This document shows positions 60,001 to 64,000 of a stretch of DNA of 64,000 bases, piece by piece. The DNA lies in assembly GCA_030390025.1 (NCBI GenBank), contig JASTWF010000356.1:372001-436000 (forward strand), in the 5' to 3' direction. Source of the stretch: Squalus acanthias (taxonomy: Eukaryota). How positions within the stretch are numbered: position 1 is the stretch's first letter; each line of letters starts with the position of its first letter. A program made the translations under genes and the position numbers. The notes under the pieces are model-generated. The model was not told the origin of the DNA. It saw nothing but the letters and a program-made list of their open reading frames with translations, and did no database searches.

Positions 60001-60139
60001 TTAGAAAGGTAAGTCTTTCTTTTTAAATATATTTAGGCGTGTCGGTGTTAGTTACTAAAGTATTTAGATGTATCTGTATTATTATTAATGTATTGGGTGA
60101 GGGGAATCTGTGTTAATTATAAATGCGTTTCTGAGCAAT

Positions 60140-63100
60140 GCAGATGCCTCTGTTTCTCTCTCCACAGATGCTGCTGAGTGTTTCCAGCATTTTCTGTTGT
60201 TATTTCAGATGTCCAGCATCCGCAGTATTTTGCGATTGTATTAGTGATTAATTCACTGCCACTTCACTTCTAGAAGAAGTTCTGCTCTTCTCTCCGACGG
60301 GATTTCCGTTTGTCTCTTCAACCTTGTTCATCTTCATTGCTTTTGGTTTCCCTTCTCGTGTTTGATCAGATATCTGCCAAGACTCGTTTTCACAGCCACA
60401 TCTCATTCCTCACCAAATATCTCCGGTTCCGACTTATTCCACGTGCATTCCAAATGAAATTTCACCTTTCGTGTTTTGGATCCACACAGGACTGCAGATA
60501 TCTCCAAGATGTTAAGCGTTCCTCGAAACACTGATCTCGCCGTATTCTGAGTTCCACACTGCTAGCCATGCGCCGCCGCATGAACACTCTCGACCTCTCT
60601 CTTCAGCAGCACCGACTCACTCTATCTCAAAGCTGTCCTGGTCTGCAGTTCCATCTCATCCTTCGATTCATCCTGAACTTCAACAAAAAACATTGTTTCT
60701 TCCTTTCAGGTATCAAGGATCGCAAGCTTCCTCGAGCCTGTTCCGCCATTTAATTAGATCATGGATGATCATCCAAATTCAGTACACTGTCCCTGCTTTC
60801 TCCCCATATACCTTGATCCCTTTAGACTGAAGAAATATATCTGAATCATTCTTGAATATATTCAATGAATTGGCTTCAACGGCCTTCTGTGGTGCAGAAT
60901 TCCAAAGGTTCACCACACTCTGGGTGAATACATTCCTCCTCATCTCAGTCCTAAATGGCTTATCTCTTAGCCTTATACTGTGACCCCTGGTTCTGGACTC
61001 CCCCACCATCGGGAACAACCTTCCTGCATCTAGTCTGTCTAGTCCTGTTAGAATGTTATACGTTTTTATGAGATCCCCTCTCATTCTTCTAAACTCTAGC
61101 GAATATAAGCCTAATCGACCCAATCACTACTCATACGTCATTCTTGCCATCCCAGGTATCAGTCTGGTGAATCTTCGCTGCACTCTCCCCATGGCAAGAT
61201 CATCCTTACTCAGATAAGGCGACCAACACTGCACACAATACTCAAGGCGTGGTCTCACCAAGGCCCTGTACAACTGCAGCAAGTCATCCTTGCTCCTTTA
61301 CTCGAATCCTCTCGCTATGAAGGCCAACATACCATTTGCCCTCTTAACCGCCTGCTGTACCTGTATACTTACCTTCAGCGACTGGTGCACAAGGACACAC
61401 AGGTCTCGTTGCACTTCCCCTTTTCCTAATCTATTGCTGTTCAGATAATAATCTGCCTTCCTGTTTTTGCCACCGAAGTGGATAACCTCGCATGTATGCA
61501 CATTATACTGCATCTGCCATGCATCTGCCTAATAACCCGACCTGTCCAATATCATACTGGAGTTTCTTTGCATCCTCCTCACAGCACACACGCCCAGCCA
61601 GCTTTGTGTCGTCTGCAAACTTGGAGATATTACATCTAGTTCCGTCGTCCAGAACAATTATATATATCGTGAATAGCTGGGGATCTAGCAACGTTCCCTG
61701 CGGTACCCCACTAGTCACTGACTGCCACTCGGAAAAAGAGCCGTTTATTCCAACTCTTTGCTTCCTGTCTGCCAACCAGTTCTTTATCCAAGTCAGTACC
61801 TTGCCCCCAATCCCATGTGCTTTAACTTTGCACGCTAATCACTTATGCGGGACCTTCTCGAAAGCCTTCTGAAAGTCCAAATACACCACAACCACTGGAT
61901 CTCCCTTATCTATTCTAACAGATACATCCTCAAAAAATTCCAGTAGATTAGTCAAGCATGATTTACCTTTTGTAAATCCATGTTGACTTTTTCCGATCCT
62001 GTCACTGTTTTCCAGGTGCTATGCTATTACATCTTTTATAATGGACTCTAGCATTTTCCCCACTACCGATGTCAGACTTACTGGTCTATAATTCCCCGTT
62101 TTCTCTCTACCAACGTTTTTAAATAGTGGGGTTACATTAGCTATCCTCCTCTTTGTCAACTCTTGGACACCAACGCCCCTTCGGAACCTTCTTCCCCTTC
62201 AATTTCTTCTGACCCCAACCCTTCTCCCAATCTCACCTCCTGCCGTGTTTTCACTATCCCCTCTGACCTTCCGCTCATTGACCCCGAACGATCAGTCCTC
62301 AGCAAAGGCCTGAGCTTCATCCCATTACGCCCCCATCTCAATGAATTTCGACCTCGGCTCGATGCTGAGCTATTTTAACGCAGCCTTTGTCTCCGTACCC
62401 ACTTCTTTGGCCAGAAGTCTACCCCCCTCACAGTGGACCCTTTCTCCCGCTTCCACAATTCCCGTTCTACCTGGACCCCTCCCTCTGGAATCTTCACCTC
62501 TCCAGATATTTTCATTGCAAACTGCGGGCGTAACATCGGCCGTATCAATTTCTGATCCCCTCACTCACTGCAAACTACCTAGCTGTCAACTTCATAGTCC
62601 CCAAACCCCGCACAGCCCGCTTATCCATCCTTCCTACGATCCACAAACAGGGCTTCTCTGGTAGACTCATCGTTTCAGCCTGTTCTTGCAGCACGGAACT
62701 GATTTCTTCCTATCTCGATTCTATTTTTTCTCCCATTGTCCAGTCTCTTCCCACCTACATTCGCGACTCTTCCAATGCCCTCCGCCACTTTAACAGTTTC
62801 CAGTTTCCCGGCCCCAACCGTCTCTTATTCACTATGAACGTACAATCCCTCTACACCTCCATCCCCCACCAGGATGTCCTGAGGGTGCTCCGCTTCTTCC
62901 TTGAACAGAGGCCCAACCAGTCCCCATCCACCACCACACTCCTCCGGCTGGCTGAACTTGTTCTCACATTGAACCAATTCTCCTTTGATTCTATTCACTT
63001 CCTCCAAATTAAAGGTGTTACTATGGGAACCTGAATGGGTCCTAGCTATGCCTGCCTTTTCGTGGGATATGTGGAGCATTCTTTGTTCCAGTCTTATTCA

Positions 63101-64000
63101 GGTACAGTCCCTCACCGCTTTTTCAGGTGCATCGATGACTGTTTTAGTGTCGTTTCCTGCTCTCGCCCTGAACTAGAAAATGTAATACACTTTGTTTCCA
63201 ATTTCCACCCTTCCCTCGCCCTCACATCGTCCATCTCGGACTCTTCCCTTTCCTTCCTTGACTTCTCTAGTCTCCATATCGACAAACATCAACTACAAGC
63301 CCACTAACTCCCACCGCTACGTGGACTACACTTCCTCCAACCCCGCTTCCTGGAAAGACTCTATTCCATTCTCCCAGTTTCTCCAACTCCGCCGCATCTG
63401 CTCTGACGATGCCACCTTCCATACCAGTGCTTCCAACATGTCTTTCTTTTTCCTCAACCGAGGATTTCCCTCTACCGTGGTTGACACGGCCATTGACCAT
63501 GTCCATTCTATCTCCCGCACTTCTGCTCTCAATCCTTCTTCCTCCCAAAACCACGATATGGTTCTCCCTTGTCCTCACCTTTCACCTCCACATTAAATGG
63601 ATGATTCTCCGCCATTTCCGCCATATCCAGCGTGATTCTACCACCAAACACATCTTCGCCTTCCCTCCACTTTCAGCAATCAGAAGGGACCGCTCCCTCC
63701 GCGACATCCTGGTCCACTCTTCAGTCACCCACAACAGACCCTCCCCTCCCCACGGCACCTTCCCGTCCAAGCACAGGAGATTCAACACCTGCCCTTTTAA
63801 CTCCTCCCGTCCCAACGTCCAGAGCCCCAAACACGCCTTACAGGTGAAACAGCAATTTACTTGACTTGTTGGAAATTGCTATACTTTATTACCTGTTCAC
63901 GATGTGGTCTCCTCTATAATGTGGAGACCAAACGCAGATTGCGTAACCGCTTTGCAGAACACCTCCGTTCAGTCTGTGAGGGCGACCCTGAGCTTCCGGT
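60140..64000 (+). mobile_element. Degenerate Penelope-like element (pLTR, RT, start of GIY-YIG endonuclease), running off the window
   Basis: VLSKGLSFIP, FTMNVQSLYTSIPH, QIKGVTMGT, FFRCIDD, YKPTNSHRY, IPFSQFLQLRRIC, near 63880 YFITCSRCGLLYNVETKRRLRNRFAEH. Confidence 0.88.
60731..62150 (-). mobile_element. CR1 fragment nested in the Penelope element
   Basis: ORFs 60779-61123, 61298-61513, 61503-61775; Penelope frame ...KDRKL // QLLDTN... resumes after it. Confidence 0.9.

Overview
Eukaryotic, repeat-dense vertebrate DNA. The repeat families (CR1 LINEs with short-repeat tails, Deu-domain SINEs, HE1/V-SINE-like pieces, Penelope-like elements) suggest a cartilaginous fish; that assignment is inference. 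The only host protein gene I can support is a 5'-incomplete guanylate-binding protein (GBP) on the + strand: 8 in-frame exons from 2237 to 16900, with one U12-type intron. The rest holds many CR1 fragments and one CR1 with an intact EN-RT ORF2 (17206-20172) preceded by a UUUAAAC slippery site. It also has a full-length Gypsy LTR element (41040-45821) with no tRNA PBS but a 13-nt LTR-complementary PBS and a YLDN RT motif, inserted in a ~13-kb 18/36-bp satellite that hides an 1800-codon AUG-less frame. Other features are an inverted pair of 5S rRNA pseudogenes, a decayed co-oriented tRNA cluster (50.5-57.4 kb) with intron-bearing Arg(TCG)-like copies, hammerhead-like Penelope terminal-repeat fragments, several TE-derived minisatellites and a degenerate Penelope element at the right end. 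TE boundaries are approximate unless junction sequences are quoted.
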